Positions 1-12,165 of a DNA stretch of 64,000 nucleotides are shown here, piece by piece. The stretch's first letter is position 1. The number at the start of each line of letters is the position of its first letter. A program made the translations under genes and the position numbers. Origin of the DNA: Octopus sinensis (Eukaryota); the NCBI RefSeq assembly GCF_006345805.1, contig NC_043007.1, positions 41,416,001-41,480,000 on the forward strand, read 5' to 3'. The notes beneath the pieces are model-generated. The model was not told where the DNA came from, did not search any database, and saw only the letters and a program-made list of their open reading frames with translations.

Positions 1-185
1 TTTCAAATAGATTATATCAATACACAAACACAAACACAAAGAGAAGATTTATTAACAAATTTCGCCAAACTCAGCTATTGTTGCTCAGTGTAAGGTAGAG
101 TCAGTTAGCCACTGCTATCACACTGAACACCAGGCCATATCAGGTGTTATATTTTGGATACCTTCATACTTTTATACCTTTCTAG

Positions 186-283
186 AGGATGAAGAACAAT
201 CAATTATGTTGATGTTGTTGGCAGAACACATAGCATGGATCTACCAAAAATAAATCGAGGACAGGAATTCCTGGCATGGTGTG
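186..283 (+). other. Candidate internal exon of unknown gene (unconfirmed)
   Basis: Long pyrimidine tract ending ttctag (acceptor, AG at 184-185) and donor TG|GTATGA at 284. One frame reads MDLPKINRGQEFLAWC from ATG 236. No homology recognised. Confidence 0.2.
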
Positions 284-294
284 GTATGAAATGC

Positions 295-522
295 ATCTCA
301 ATTATCTTTTATTTGTTTTGGCCATTTGACTGTGGCCATGCTGGGGCACCTCCTTGATGAATGTTAGTCAAATGAATCAATCCCAGTACTTTTGTTTTTT
401 AAGCCTGGTACTTATTCTATTGGTCTCTTTTGTTGAGCTGCAAAGTTACGGGCGACATAAACACAACAACACCAGTTGTCAAGCAGAGGATGGGTAACAC
501 ACACACACACACACACATACAA

Positions 523-554
<32 letters not shown>

Positions 555-715
555 GATGAGCATCTTTCAGTTTCTGTCTACCAAATCTACTACTCACAAA
601 GCTTTGGTTGGCCCAGGGCAATAGCAGAGGACACTTCTTCAAGGTTCCACACAATGGGACTGAACCGAAAACCATACTTTAGGAAGTAAAATTCTTACCT
701 ACAGCTGCACCTAAA
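295..715 (-). mobile_element. tRNA-headed SINE with internal microsatellite (family A)
   Basis: Reverse complement of the family repeated at 4170, 14265, 26860 and 41350: head gctgtgtggtaag...gttcagtcccact, internal (TG/TA)n, tail ccagcatggcc...gactgaaacaagtaaaag. Confidence 0.8.
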
Positions 716-1424
716 TTGAATCTACCTTGAAATGTAACTATATACATGGACATTAACACACACACACAAAAACACACACATGCATGCATGACCATGCACA
801 CATATATGCATGCACACACATACATAAGTAATTAAAGTTATTGTGCTTGCTTCATTAAATATGCCAGGAACACTTCACTCAATAAATTAAAACTCTTGAT
901 CAGGCTGTAATACTCCCATCAACTTCCATCATATAGTCAATATGCATAGCTATGAAAATGTCAAAGTTTGCTACACAAAAGTTAACTGAATCAATATTGA
1001 TTCGAGGATAACACTCAAAATTCCATTAAATGATAAATAAATGTCTTCATAACATTATTATTGTTGCTATTTATAACTTCATTTATATCACACGATTACT
1101 AATGCATATACTGAATGAATATCGTTTTGAAAGATCAGATATTGCGACAAAGCATTCCCATTTTAAGCACTTCACCACCCAAAATTTTGGAATATCTTTC
1201 CTGTTGATCTCTTGGTACATTACTGAGAATCTGTCATTCTGTTATTTCTGTTCCTTTGTTGTAAGAGTTCATCATGTGAGTTCCCATTTTTAAGAGACGA
1301 TCACATCTGTCTGTCATTCTTTGAGACATATTATATACTATGTTGTTTCTCTATAGTATTGCAGTTCAGCTTTTCTGGTATTAGTTAGATATGGGAGGTG
1401 AGGGTAGTGTAGCTATTTATCTAT

Positions 1425-1655
1425 TTCTATCTCTGTGTGTATGTATATGTATGTATGTATGTATGTATTTATATATATTTCTATATATATACGTATACAT
1501 ACTTGTAAACAAAATTTTTTGTGTACAAAGCATTGCATTAAATAATAAATGCACAAACAAGCATTTGTTTGTGCATCTGTTAGATATTTTAAACTCATTA
1601 TATATATATATACATTTATGTATATATATATATATATATACACGTACATATATAC

Positions 1656-1706
<51 letters not shown>

Positions 1707-1812
1707 CATATACATATATATATATATAGAGAGAGAGAGAGGGAGGGAGGGAGGGAGAGAGAGAGACTGACAGACAGACAGACAGACAGACAAACACAGG
1801 CAAACACAAACA
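1425..1812. repeat. Compound microsatellite (TATG)n/(TA)n/(GA)n/(GACA)n
   Basis: Directly visible; explains ORFs 1391-1894. Confidence 0.95.
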
Positions 1813-1842
1813 GACTTTGTATGTGGGACATGTTCAGGAACA

Positions 1843-2303
1843 ATAAACACGAAGAACACATGGGAAATAGATGTTGTGGAATGTCCAGGAGCATCCCTAG
1901 AGGAAGTAGATAGCTTCTGTTACTTAGATGACCTAATGGGTGGCAGAGGAGAATACTCTGAAAGTATAGTTATTAGAACAGAAACAGGGCAAAAAAAGTT
2001 CAGGGAGCTGTTACCTCTGTTGGCAACAAAAGGTCTTTCTCCCAGAATATAAAGAAAATTGGATGATGCTTGTGTACAGACAGCAATGCTACATGGCAGT
2101 GAAATGTGGTCCCTGAATGCATAGAACATGCAAAGACTAGAATGAAAGGAAGCTAGTATGCCCAACTGGATATGCAGTGTCGGTGTCTATGTATGACAAA
2201 GTACAAATATGTTGAGTGAAAATTTGGGCATAAGAGGAATCAGGTGTAGTGTGCAAGAGAGAAGACTACACTGGTATGGTCACGTCATGTGTATAGAAGA
2301 GAC
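1843..2303 (+). mobile_element. RTE-clade LINE, decayed C-terminal ORF fragment
   Basis: Translates with stops to [11 protein letters not shown]...KKFRELLPLLATKGLSPRI...DACVQTAMLHGSEMW...LGIRGIRCSVQERRLHWYGHV, typical of the RTE post-RT region. Confidence 0.85.
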
Positions 2304-2305
2304 CA

Positions 2306-2342
<37 letters not shown>

Positions 2343-2496
2343 ATATATATATATATATATATGTGTGTATATGTACGTATGTATACATACACATATATAC
2401 ATAAGCATGTATGTATGTGTGTGTGTGTATATATATACACACACACACACATATATATATATATATTATGTATGTTTGTATGTAAGTGTATGTATA

Positions 2497-2747
2497 TTGG
2501 GTTGGTGCATAATTATTGCAGCTTTGTTCCAACAAATTTTATTCAATAAAAACGATAATAACATGTAACAAAAACGTCTTTAAATGATTATTCTGGAGCA
2601 TTTTCACCATCTACTTCAATTACTGTTTCCCATATGCTTGGCAGACAGTCAGACCATCATTTAAAGATGCTTTTGTTAAATATTGTTATTGTTTTTGTTG
2701 AATAAAATTTGTTGAAAAAAAGCCGCAATGATTATGCACCAACCCAA
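2497..2747. mobile_element. Mariner-type MITE, ~50-bp TIRs, TA target duplication
   Basis: ttgggttggtgcataattattgc at 2497 and gccgcaatgattatgcaccaacccaa ending 2747; TA on both sides; TIR resembles mariner TIRs (ttaggttggtgc). Confidence 0.85.
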
Positions 2748-2835
2748 TATATATACACACACACATATATATAGATATATTTACATACATACATAACATA
2801 CATACATAATATATATATATATAAGTATGTATATA

Positions 2836-3645
2836 TTAGCTTGCTGTAATAGCAAAAATCTAGCACAAATTATAGCTGCACACAATGATAGTAAATTTAA
2901 AAGTTTCCCTATAAGTAGTGCTAATAATAGTAACCAGAATTATAATTATAGATCAATAATAACAACAATGTCAACATGAGCAAACAAACCATGGGTAACA
3001 CAGCTGAGTATCAGGATAGGAACTATAGTTTGACAGCCAGTGGGGTTGAAGAAACCTGAGGGAGCTCCACAGTTGTCCTGGAAGTAGTGGATTTGAATCC
3101 TAGAGAGAAAAGTACTCAGAGTGTTGTCTCTGTGGAGTGGACTAATAGCTTAGAAGGTAGACAGGAGAATATACAAACCACATCTAGAGTAGGTGAAATG
3201 GATGATAGTGATGGAAGTACTAGAAATATTAGTTGTGATTGTGCAAGATACAGAGTCTGTCCACTTGGCTCTGATTGTAAACATAAAAATATTGCATAGA
3301 GATGTAAGATTACCTCAGAGAGTAGAGAGTATTTCTATATAGGAACTAGCTTATGTTATATTAAGCAGAGAATTGTCAATCATTTAAGTTCGTTTACAAA
3401 ATAGGGACAAAATTAATACTACCAACCTTAGTAAGCTAATTTGGCCACTTAAAGATAGTAACAAAGCATTTTCAATTGCTTGAGCAATTATTAGTAAGGC
3501 AAAATCTTATGAAATAGGTGATAATAGACGTGACTTTTGTGTGGAGGAAATGTACCAAATTTTCTTTTCTAAATATATTATTATAAACACTAGACAGGAA
3601 CAGGTTATGGGATGTTCACATTGGATTAAATATACATTTAAATGA
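2836..3645 (+). mobile_element. Penelope-like element fossil (linker plus GIY-YIG endonuclease)
   Basis: Reads LACCNSKNLAQIIAAHN ... CDCARYRVCPLGSDCKHKNIA*RCKITSESREYFYIGTSLCYIKQRIVNHLSSF / TTNLSKLIWPLKD...AIISKAKSY...DFCVEEMYQI...NTRQEQVMGCSH. This matches the CxC..CPL..C, YIG..R..H, LSKYIW and C..C..E pattern of PLE endonucleases. Confidence 0.8.
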
Positions 3646-4000
3646 TAGTAATTATACTAGTTAACATAGTGATTGTGATAATGATATTTTTGCAAATAAT
3701 ACTAAAATAATTTTAGTAATAATAACAATAATAATATTAATCGAGGGTATAAAGCTAAACATAAGTGAATTACCTCTGAATAAATAATGTACTCCATACA
3801 GTAAAATGTAAACAAAACTGCTACAATTGATTGTAATATGAATAAACATTTTATAAACCATGATTCATCTGTAATACCAGTAGAGGTGATTACAAAACCA
3901 GAATTCAATTTGATTTAAAATGTAACGCTATAACCTTCAACTAAATACCAACACAGGAAGCTTGTTTGAATTAGTTCACTTTGAAATGTCATAAGTGATG

Positions 4001-4083
4001 GACCCTTGATGAAATTACAGTGACTAGGATGTATAAGTGCATACGGAGCAATGTGTAGTTGCTGCAATTGAAACATGTTGGTC
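4001..4083 (+). ncRNA. Degenerate type-I hammerhead ribozyme fold (Penelope pLTR type)
   Basis: Stem I gacc(4001)/ggtc(4080); core cttgatga(4005-4012, one extra base vs CUGAUGA); stem II aattacagtgact/agttgctgcaatt; GAAA 4070-4073; palindromic stem III acatgt; cleavage triplet GUU (4077-4079). Confidence 0.55.
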
Positions 4084-4169
4084 GTTGTTATATATGCAGT
4101 AGAAAACTTAATAAAGAGTTCTGGATGTGAATAAATCTCCACTCTCCTCTTTGTTTTCAATTATATATA

Positions 4170-4575
<406 letters not shown>

Positions 4576-4611
4576 ACATACGCATACAAATACATACATA
4601 TCTTTTCATAG

Positions 4612-4789
4612 GTGCAGGAGTGGCTGTGTGGTAAGTAGCTTGCTTCCCAACCACATGGTTCCAGGTTTAGTCCCACTGCGTGGCAGATTAGGCAAGTGTC
4701 TTCTGCATAGCCTTGGGCTGACCAAAGCCTTGTGAGTGGATTTGGTAAATGGAAACTGAAAGAAGCCTGTTGTATATATATATATATAT
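4612..4789 (+). mobile_element. Family A SINE, 5' half ending in (TA)n
   Basis: Same head as 4170; ends at the internal microsatellite where the LTR is inserted. Confidence 0.8.
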
Positions 4790-5685
4790 TGTTACGAACC
4801 ACCTGCCATCACTCAAACTCTTCGGAAAAACCCGGGACCCTACCAAGTCGAGCGACGACGATTTACCAGCCCGATCGATCGGGGAAAGTTCGCCATGGAA
4901 AGAGAGAATTCGGTGGGGGAAAAGGCGGCAGCGAACCCGGCTAACGGTGACCGGAGAGAACAACAACAACAAACAACAGCCGGAAGAGACCCAAACAGAG
5001 ACGCCGGATGGCAATTTGGCTTACATTTAAGAACAGTTTATACCAATTATTACATCCAAAGAAAATACATGCAAGAAAACAACAAATCAAATTAAAGTAT
5101 GCAGACACAATATACAGTTCAGAGTCCCATTAATGTTCAGATCAATTTAAAACAAATAACATTCACATTAACGATACAGTTCAATACATTAGAGTCTTTC
5201 TCCTTCTTCCTTTAATAGTTCTTTCTTTTTCCTTTTTTTTCCTTCTTTCTCTTTTTTCAACACATCAATTCTTTTACATTTCTTTTTCCTTTTTCCTTCT
5301 TTTTTTCACATATCAGAACATAAATAAACATATACCATTACACAACAGCCAGTGCCCTCACACCGTGGTCCCTCTCTCTTAGCTCCGTAATACTATCTGT
5401 CTGTCTTCCTCTACGCTGCCATTCTCTCGCTTGTCAGCTCCTCAGATTCCCTGTCTGTCCTCCTCCACCGACCGCCCTCGTATCAGTCTCGTCTCTGCTA
5501 GAGCTGCCGGCCGACTGTCTAACAGGCTCAAATCTCCTGCTTTTTAAAGGGGTGTTTCTTCGAACTTTCTTTCACCTGAAAAGGGTCGAAGGTCTCCCCA
5601 GAACTCATCAATCCACCTGAATCTGACAGGACAAAGGATTTACTCACAAAAGTCGGTCGCAAGCAGTCCCTGAATTGACCCCCAT

Positions 5686-5689
<4 letters not shown>
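4790..5689 (-). mobile_element. Solo LTR (900 bp), probably Gypsy-type
   Basis: Termini TGTTACG...CATAACA (TG..CA, short inverted ends), ATAT on both sides within (TA)n, CpG-rich relative to flanks, no internal region. Strand is inferred only from a TATA-like ctttaaaaag on the minus strand. Confidence 0.7.
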
Positions 5690-5732
<43 letters not shown>

Positions 5733-5874
5733 ATATCTTATATACACACACAACATATATATATATATCGACACATATATATACATATTACATATATACA
5801 CACATATATATATATATACATAATATATATATATATATATATCATATATATTACAGTATATATATAGATATATA

Positions 5875-5918
<44 letters not shown>

Positions 5919-5952
5919 GTATATATGTATGTATATATGTGTATATATATAT
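5690..5952. repeat. (TA)n-rich microsatellite
   Basis: Directly visible. Confidence 0.95.
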
Positions 5953-6220
5953 GACAGTCAAAAATTGTGAAGCATGACTGTCACCACTACTACAGAACCT
6001 GAAGATTGCAGAAATTAAATTGATGATGAACTACTAGTTCAATCAGAATGAACATTTAACATTCTACTATTTTATTTTATTCGATTATATTATATTATCT
6101 TATAATATATCATTATAAGATTGTAAATAAAACGTGAAAATCAGACAAGGGTGGAATTCCTTTTATTAATATATTCTTCTATACACAATCACACACACCC
6201 ATATATATATCTATCTATAT

Positions 6221-7330
6221 CAAATCAAATCAAATCAAAACAAATCAAAATAGATGAACATCAATGGAATTTGTATCTTTGTGGTACCAGTGCCGGTGGC
6301 ACACAAGAAAACCATCCGAACGTGGTGGTAGCCAGTACCGCATCGACTGGCCTCCGTGCTGTGGGCACGTAACAAACACCATCCGATCGTGGCCGTTCGC
6401 CAGCCTCATCTGGCACCTGTTGTCGGTGGCACATAAAACAACCATCCGAAGACCTGGCAAGACTAGTCAGGCCATAACCCGTGGCCCCTACCTGGGACGT
6501 AGTCAGTCCACCTGTGCATACCTTCCTTCTTGTGACACTTGTGAAGACCTGTTGAGGCAAGTGAAAATCAAAACAAATCAAAATAGATGAACATCAATGG
6601 AATTTGTATCTTTGTGGTACCAGTGCCGGTGGCACACAAGAAAACCATCCGAACGTGGCCGTAACCAGTACCGCATCGACTGGCCTCCCCGCTGTGGGCA
6701 CGTAACAAACACCATCCGATCGTGGCCGTTCGCCAGCCTCATCTGGCACCTGTGTCGGTGGCACATAAAAACACCATCCGAAGACCTGGCAAGACTAGTC
6801 AGGCCATAACCCGTGGCCCCTACCTGGGACGTAGTCAGTCCACCTGTGCATACCTTCCTTCTTGTGACACTTGTGAAGACCTGTTGAGGCAAGTGAAAAT
6901 CAAAACAAATCAAAATAGATGAACATCAATGGAATTTGTATCTTTGTGGTACCAGTGCCGGTGGCACACAAGAAAACCATCCGAACGTGGCCGTAACCAG
7001 TACCGCATCGACTGGCCTCCCCGCTGTGGGCACGTAACAAACACCATCCGATCGTGGCCGTTCGCCAGCCTCATCTGGCACCTGTGTCGGTGGCACATAA
7101 AAACACCATCCGAGCGTGGCCGTCTGCCAGCCTCGTCTGGCACCTGTGTCGGTGGCACATAAAATCACCCACTACACTCTCGGAGTGGTTGGCGTTAGGA
7201 AGGGCATTCAGCTGTAGAAACACTGCCAGATCTGACTGGCCTGGTGCAGCCTTCGGGCTCCCCAGACCCCAGTTGAACCGTCCAACCCATGCTAGCATGG
7301 AAAGCGGACGTTAAATGATGATGATGATGA
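6221..7330 (+). repeat. Tandem array of ~332-bp units ending in an RTE-type 3' end with (ATG)n tail
   Basis: tagatgaacatcaatgg at 6251, 6584 and 6916 (periods 333 and 332). The third unit runs into ggcgttaggaagggcattcagctgtagaaac...ggacgttaaatgatgatg. Confidence 0.9.
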
Positions 7331-7369
7331 TATATATCTATATATATATGCATATGTATGTGTGTGTGT

Positions 7370-7575
7370 GTTTGTGTCTGTGATGGCCCTCCAACATCAC
7401 TTGACAACTGATGCTGGTGTGTTTACATCCCCGTAACTTAACGGTTCAGCAATAGAGACCGATAGAATAAGTACTAGGCTTACAAAGAATAAGTCATGGG
7501 GTCGATTTGCTTGACTAAAGGTGGTGCTCCAGCATGGCCATCGTCAAATGACTGAAACAAGTAAAATAATAAAAG
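7370..7575 (+). mobile_element. Family A SINE, 3' half
   Basis: catcacttgacaactgatgctggtgtgtttac...gactgaaacaagtaaaa. Confidence 0.8.
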
Positions 7576-7615
7576 AAAATATATACGTGTGCATGTGTGT
7601 ATGTGTGTGTGTGTA

Positions 7616-7651
<36 letters not shown>

Positions 7652-7654
<3 letters not shown>

Positions 7655-7840
7655 TCATCATCATCATCATCGTTTAAAGTCCGCTTTCCATGCTAGCATG
7701 GGTTGGACGATTTTGACTGAGGGCTGGCGAACCAGATGGCTGCACCAGGCTCCAATCGTGATCTGGCAGAGTTTCTACAGCTGGATGCCCTTCCTAACGC
7801 CAACCACTCCGAGAGTGTAATGGGTGCTTTTTACGTGCCA
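7652..7840 (-). mobile_element. RTE-tailed SINE / RTE 3' end (family C)
   Basis: (CAT)n followed by cgtttaaagtccgctttccatgctagcatggg...ggatgcccttcctaacgccaaccactcc. Confidence 0.85.
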
Positions 7841-8015
7841 TGCATACACATGTTAACAAAACTGTCTGACGAACGGGAATATGAAACCCCGAGTAACAGT
7901 ATTTGTTATATTTCTGCTGCTTTTAAATAAAGCATATTACTCTACCTCTGGTATTTGAGTACTCTTTTTTCCACCTTGTTTCACATTTGTTTGCTTACTC
8001 TGGTATATATTTATT

Positions 8016-8019
<4 letters not shown>

Positions 8020-8069
<50 letters not shown>

Positions 8070-8115
8070 TAGATAGATAAATAGATAAATAGATAGATAG
8101 ATAGACAGATAGATA
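8020..8115. repeat. (GATA)n microsatellite
   Basis: Directly visible. Confidence 0.95.
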
Positions 8116-8179
8116 TATACACACACACATACACACACATATACACACACATACACAGACATGCAGGAAGTAAATAGAC

Positions 8180-8500
8180 ACCTTTAAAAAGCACCATTCA
8201 AGTGTGGTCGATGCCAGTACCTCCTGACTGGTCCCGTGCTGGTGGAACGTAAAAAGCACCATTCAAGCATGGTCGATGCCAGTATCACCTTACTGGCCCT
8301 CATGCTGGTGGCACGTAAAAAGCACCAACTACACTCTCAGAGTGGTTGGCGTTAGGAAGGGCATCCAGCTGTAGAAACTTTGCCAGATCAGATTGAAGCC
8401 TGGTGTAGCATTCCGGCTTGCCAGCCCTCAGTCAAACCATCGAACCTATGCCAGCATGGAAAGTGGACATTAAACGATGATGAGGATGATGATGTATATG
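8180..8500 (+). mobile_element. Family C element with internal ~65-bp subrepeats
   Basis: aaaaagcaccattcaag repeated; ggcgttaggaagggcatccagctgtagaaac; gatgatga tail. Confidence 0.8.
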
Positions 8501-9269
8501 GTGATGATGACAATGATAATCTGTATGTGTATATACAATATATACATACTATATGTACTTGTGTATATGTTTTACTCATGTGTAAGTCATACCTTTTGCA
8601 TGAAAAAGTTGATACAAAATTTATAATAGCAATCTACAGAGAAAATAAGACTACAAGGAAAGAGAGCTTTTCTAATTATATTACTGGTCTAGTTTTGTTA
8701 GTGAAGTTAGACAATTAAATGAATTACCATGTTCAACACAGTTATTAACAAAATATATTACAAACATAATGACAAAATAGCTGCTATTTATATATATGTA
8801 TGTTATAAAAATATACTGCAATATCAAAGCAGACAGTAAAAGAAATTAAACAAAAGAAGCCAGGAAAGTACGTTTAAGGTTATTCCCAATTATGAAATTA
8901 TCAACCAATAACAAAAGACTATTACTCAAAGTTTTGCAAATCATCATCATCATCATCATTGCTATCATCGTTGTCACCGTGGTGGTGATGGTGATTGTTG
9001 TCATCATCATCATCACCACCACTGTCATCACTGGTGTTGTCATCATCATAATCATCAACAACAACTCTACCATCATCACCATTTACTGTTCATTTTCCAT
9101 GCTGGCGTGGGTTGGACATTTTGATAGGAGCTGGCAAGCCAGAAAAACTGTGCTAAGCTCTATTGTCTGCTATGGCATGGTTTCTACAGCTGGATGCCCT
9201 CCCCAACACCAATCACTTCAAAGAGTGTACAGAGTACTTTTTACATGGCACCAGCTATCAAATTCAGAT

Positions 9270-10200
9270 TCTTATTTCTTTACTACCCACAAGGGGCTAA
9301 ACACAGAGGGGACAAACAAGGACAGACAAATGGATTAAGTCGATTGCATCAACCCCAGTACGCAACTGGTACTTAATTTATCGACCCCGAAAGGATGAAA
9401 GGCAAAGTTGACCTCGGCGGAATTTGAACTCAGAACGTAATGGCAGACGAAATACAGCTAAGCATTTCGCCCAGCATGCTAACATTTCTGCCAGCTCGCC
9501 GCCTTATATAATCATTGGTGCCAAAAATGATCTGCCATTCCTGCTATGTCAACTCTTCATCTGCATCTCATTATATATCTTTCTAATTTTGGCACAAAGC
9601 CAGAAATTTTAAGGAGGAGGAGGAGCAAGTCGATTGCATAAATCCCAGTCCTCAAATTTTATTAACATCAAAAAGATGAAAGCTGAGTCTACTTTGGCAG
9701 AACTTGAGTTCAAAGCTGACAGAACCAGAACAAATACTGCTGAGTATTTTGTCCAGCATGGTAAATAACTCTGCCAGCTTGCTGCCTCTGCATCTCATAA
9801 TATTGGTTTCAAATTTTGGCACAAGGCCAGTAATTTCATGGGAAAGGGTTAGTCAATTACATTGACTCCAATACTCAGTTGGTACTTATTTTTATTGACC
9901 CTGAAAACATAAAAGGCAAAGTCAACTTTGCCGTAATTTGAACTCAGAACATAAAGATGGACGGAATGATGCTAAGCATTTTACCTGATGTGATAACAAT
10001 TCTGCCAGCTTGCTGCTATATTGGTTTCAAATTTTGGCACAAGGCCAGCAATTTCATAGGAATGGGTAAGTTAATTACATCAACCCCAGTGCTCAATTGG
10101 TACCTGTTTTATTGACTCCAAAAGATGAAAGGTAAAGTGAACTTTGGCAGAATTTGAACTCAGAACATAATGCTAATGAACATAGTGCTAATAATTCTGC
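9270..10200 (-). mobile_element. Cluster of family B SINEs (Nin/Deu-like central domain), head-to-tail
   Basis: Repeated reverse complement of gcctttcatcctttcggggtcgataaattaagtacc; units at about 9270-9445, 9585-9785, 9805-10015 and 10020-10200. Confidence 0.75.
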
Positions 10201-10654
10201 CATCTTTCCACCTTCTGCATCCCATAGTATCAGTATTTCATTTGTTTTATCTTCTTGCACTTTAATTAGTTTTGGCCATCACTCTACATACGGTCGTCTT
10301 CTGTTTCATCCTTGTTCCTTGATATTCCTGTCTTCAGGAAACTTTTTATCATCTCAACTAGAATATCATTCCAGGCATTCTTTACACACAGCTTTATACG
10401 AGAAAAGATTAGCTCCTGGAGGTTGCCAATATTTGGTTAGTTCCATCTGGCCTGTTTATATTAAGGTCATTCACATTTGATATATCCCATCATTATATAG
10501 CACCAAATGGTGTAGCTAAGATATGAAGCCAGTTGGTATCATAGCAACTTTAAACTCTTTTTCATTTTCTCTGCCTAGTGTACACAGAACTGGTGCCATA
10601 CAGATTGGGATTTCATCTTTGGAATGGCTTCTGGTCATTTATTTCATATTTGGT

Positions 10655-10995
10655 TTATTGAGATCCCCTTCAGTCATGACTGGCCGTGGGATTGCACCTA
10701 GAAAGTTACCCTCCCAGGCACAAGTCCAGGCAAGGTTGTTTATGGAAGACCAGCAGCTACCCATGCATACCGGTCACCCTTCTCCACGCCACCAGTGTTA
10801 TCTAAGGAAAAGGCAAAGGCAGATACAGCTTGGCACCGGTGACGTCATAACTCAATTCTACAGTTGAGTGAACTGGAGCAACATGAAATAAAGTGTCTTG
10901 CTCAAGAACACATCATGCAGCCTGGTCCAGGATTCGAACTCACAACCTCATGATCGTAAGCTCAACGCTCTAACAACTGAGCCATGCACCTTCAC
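10655..10995 (-). mobile_element. tRNA-derived SINE (family D)
   Basis: Minus strand: ggctcagttgttagagcg A-box, gagttcgaatcc B-box, tgtgtcttgagcaagacacttt domain; same family at 22645 and 33285. Confidence 0.8.
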
Positions 10996-11090
10996 TATTT
11001 GGTTTAACCACAGTGTAATACCATCTTCACCATCTCAGTGTAACGAAATTCCAGTTGGCAGTTTATCTCCTTTTGGCAATCCTTTCCCTT

Positions 11091-11321
11091 TTAACTCTTT
11101 AGCATTCAGATTATTCTGTCAAATGTAATGCCTATGAACTGATATTGTTTAGAATTATGCATTATCTTATAGCTTTGAGATTTCAATGATGTGATTATTT
11201 ATTTTTACAATGATATTGTAGGGAAGATGCAAAGGCCAAATCTGGCCAGTTTAAACAAAAAAACAAAAAAAAAGTAGAATATTTTGGCTGGATATGACTG
11301 GTTTAGATGCTGAAGGGTCAA
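11091..11321. mobile_element. TTAA-flanked MITE (piggyBac-like ends)
   Basis: ttaactctttagcattcagat...gatgctgaagggtca; relatives at 43101, 45843 and 59242. Confidence 0.7.
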
Positions 11322-11734
11322 ATCTCATCACTGGTTTTAGATTAGTACCATCAGGTACTTAGAAATACTACAGCAAAATGTATTCTTTCAAGTCCATTGT
11401 ATTTAAATAAATAGTTTTCCTTCCTTTGATGTCAGCTGTTCAATTTCCAAGGTGATTATAAAAAAAAAACAAAAAAAAAAAAACATAGAAGTTTCATCTA
11501 TATTTCCCTATATGTCCAAATCAAAGATCATACTGTTTTTTTCTTTGGTTCAAAATAAAACTGTGAAATGAAATGAATTTTATTTTTCTACGTTACATCC
11601 TGCTGAGGTCAACTTTGCTTTTCATCCTTTTAGAGTTGGTAAAATATGTATCAGTTGAGTGCTGGTCGATGTAGTTGGTTTGTCTCTCCACCTCAAAATT
11701 GCTGGCCTTGCACCAAATTTAGAAAGAATATTTT

Positions 11735-12165
11735 AAGTCACATCATAGTTTCTGGGATATCTTGGTTTATTGTCAAAGACTAAGCCCATGTCTCACCAAA
11801 AAAAAACAATGGATCTATCCATTAGAAGCTTTAAATAATTGATTAAGAGACATCTTGGCAGCCTTTGATCTTATTTGTTCCATGTAACACCCATTCCTCC
11901 GGTCAGTGACCCTGTCTAAGAGTTCCTTTTCCATTTCTGGATATAGAGCCAGCTTCCGTCGACATGCCATCTTTGTGTTTGGCATTTCTAATAAAGATTT
12001 GCCTTGCTTTCTCTGATGTCTCATAAATTCCTCTGATACTAAAAACTCTCTCTCTCTCTCTCTTTCAGCAGCTCTGTTACTATTAACTTCTGCAAATTCC
12101 ACAACTTTTTGAAAGCAGAAAATACAACACAATTGTTTTCTCTTTACACTAGTAATTGCCAATAT
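11735..12165 (-). pseudogene. pogo/Tigger-family transposase N-terminus fossil (Brinker-like plus CENP-B-like HTH)
   Basis: FQKVVEFAEVNSNRAAE(RE)nFLVSE...ALYPEMEKELLDRVTDRR...LFKASNG*..F..RHGLSL*Q*TKISQKL. A (GA)n expansion lies inside the coding remnant. Confidence 0.75.
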
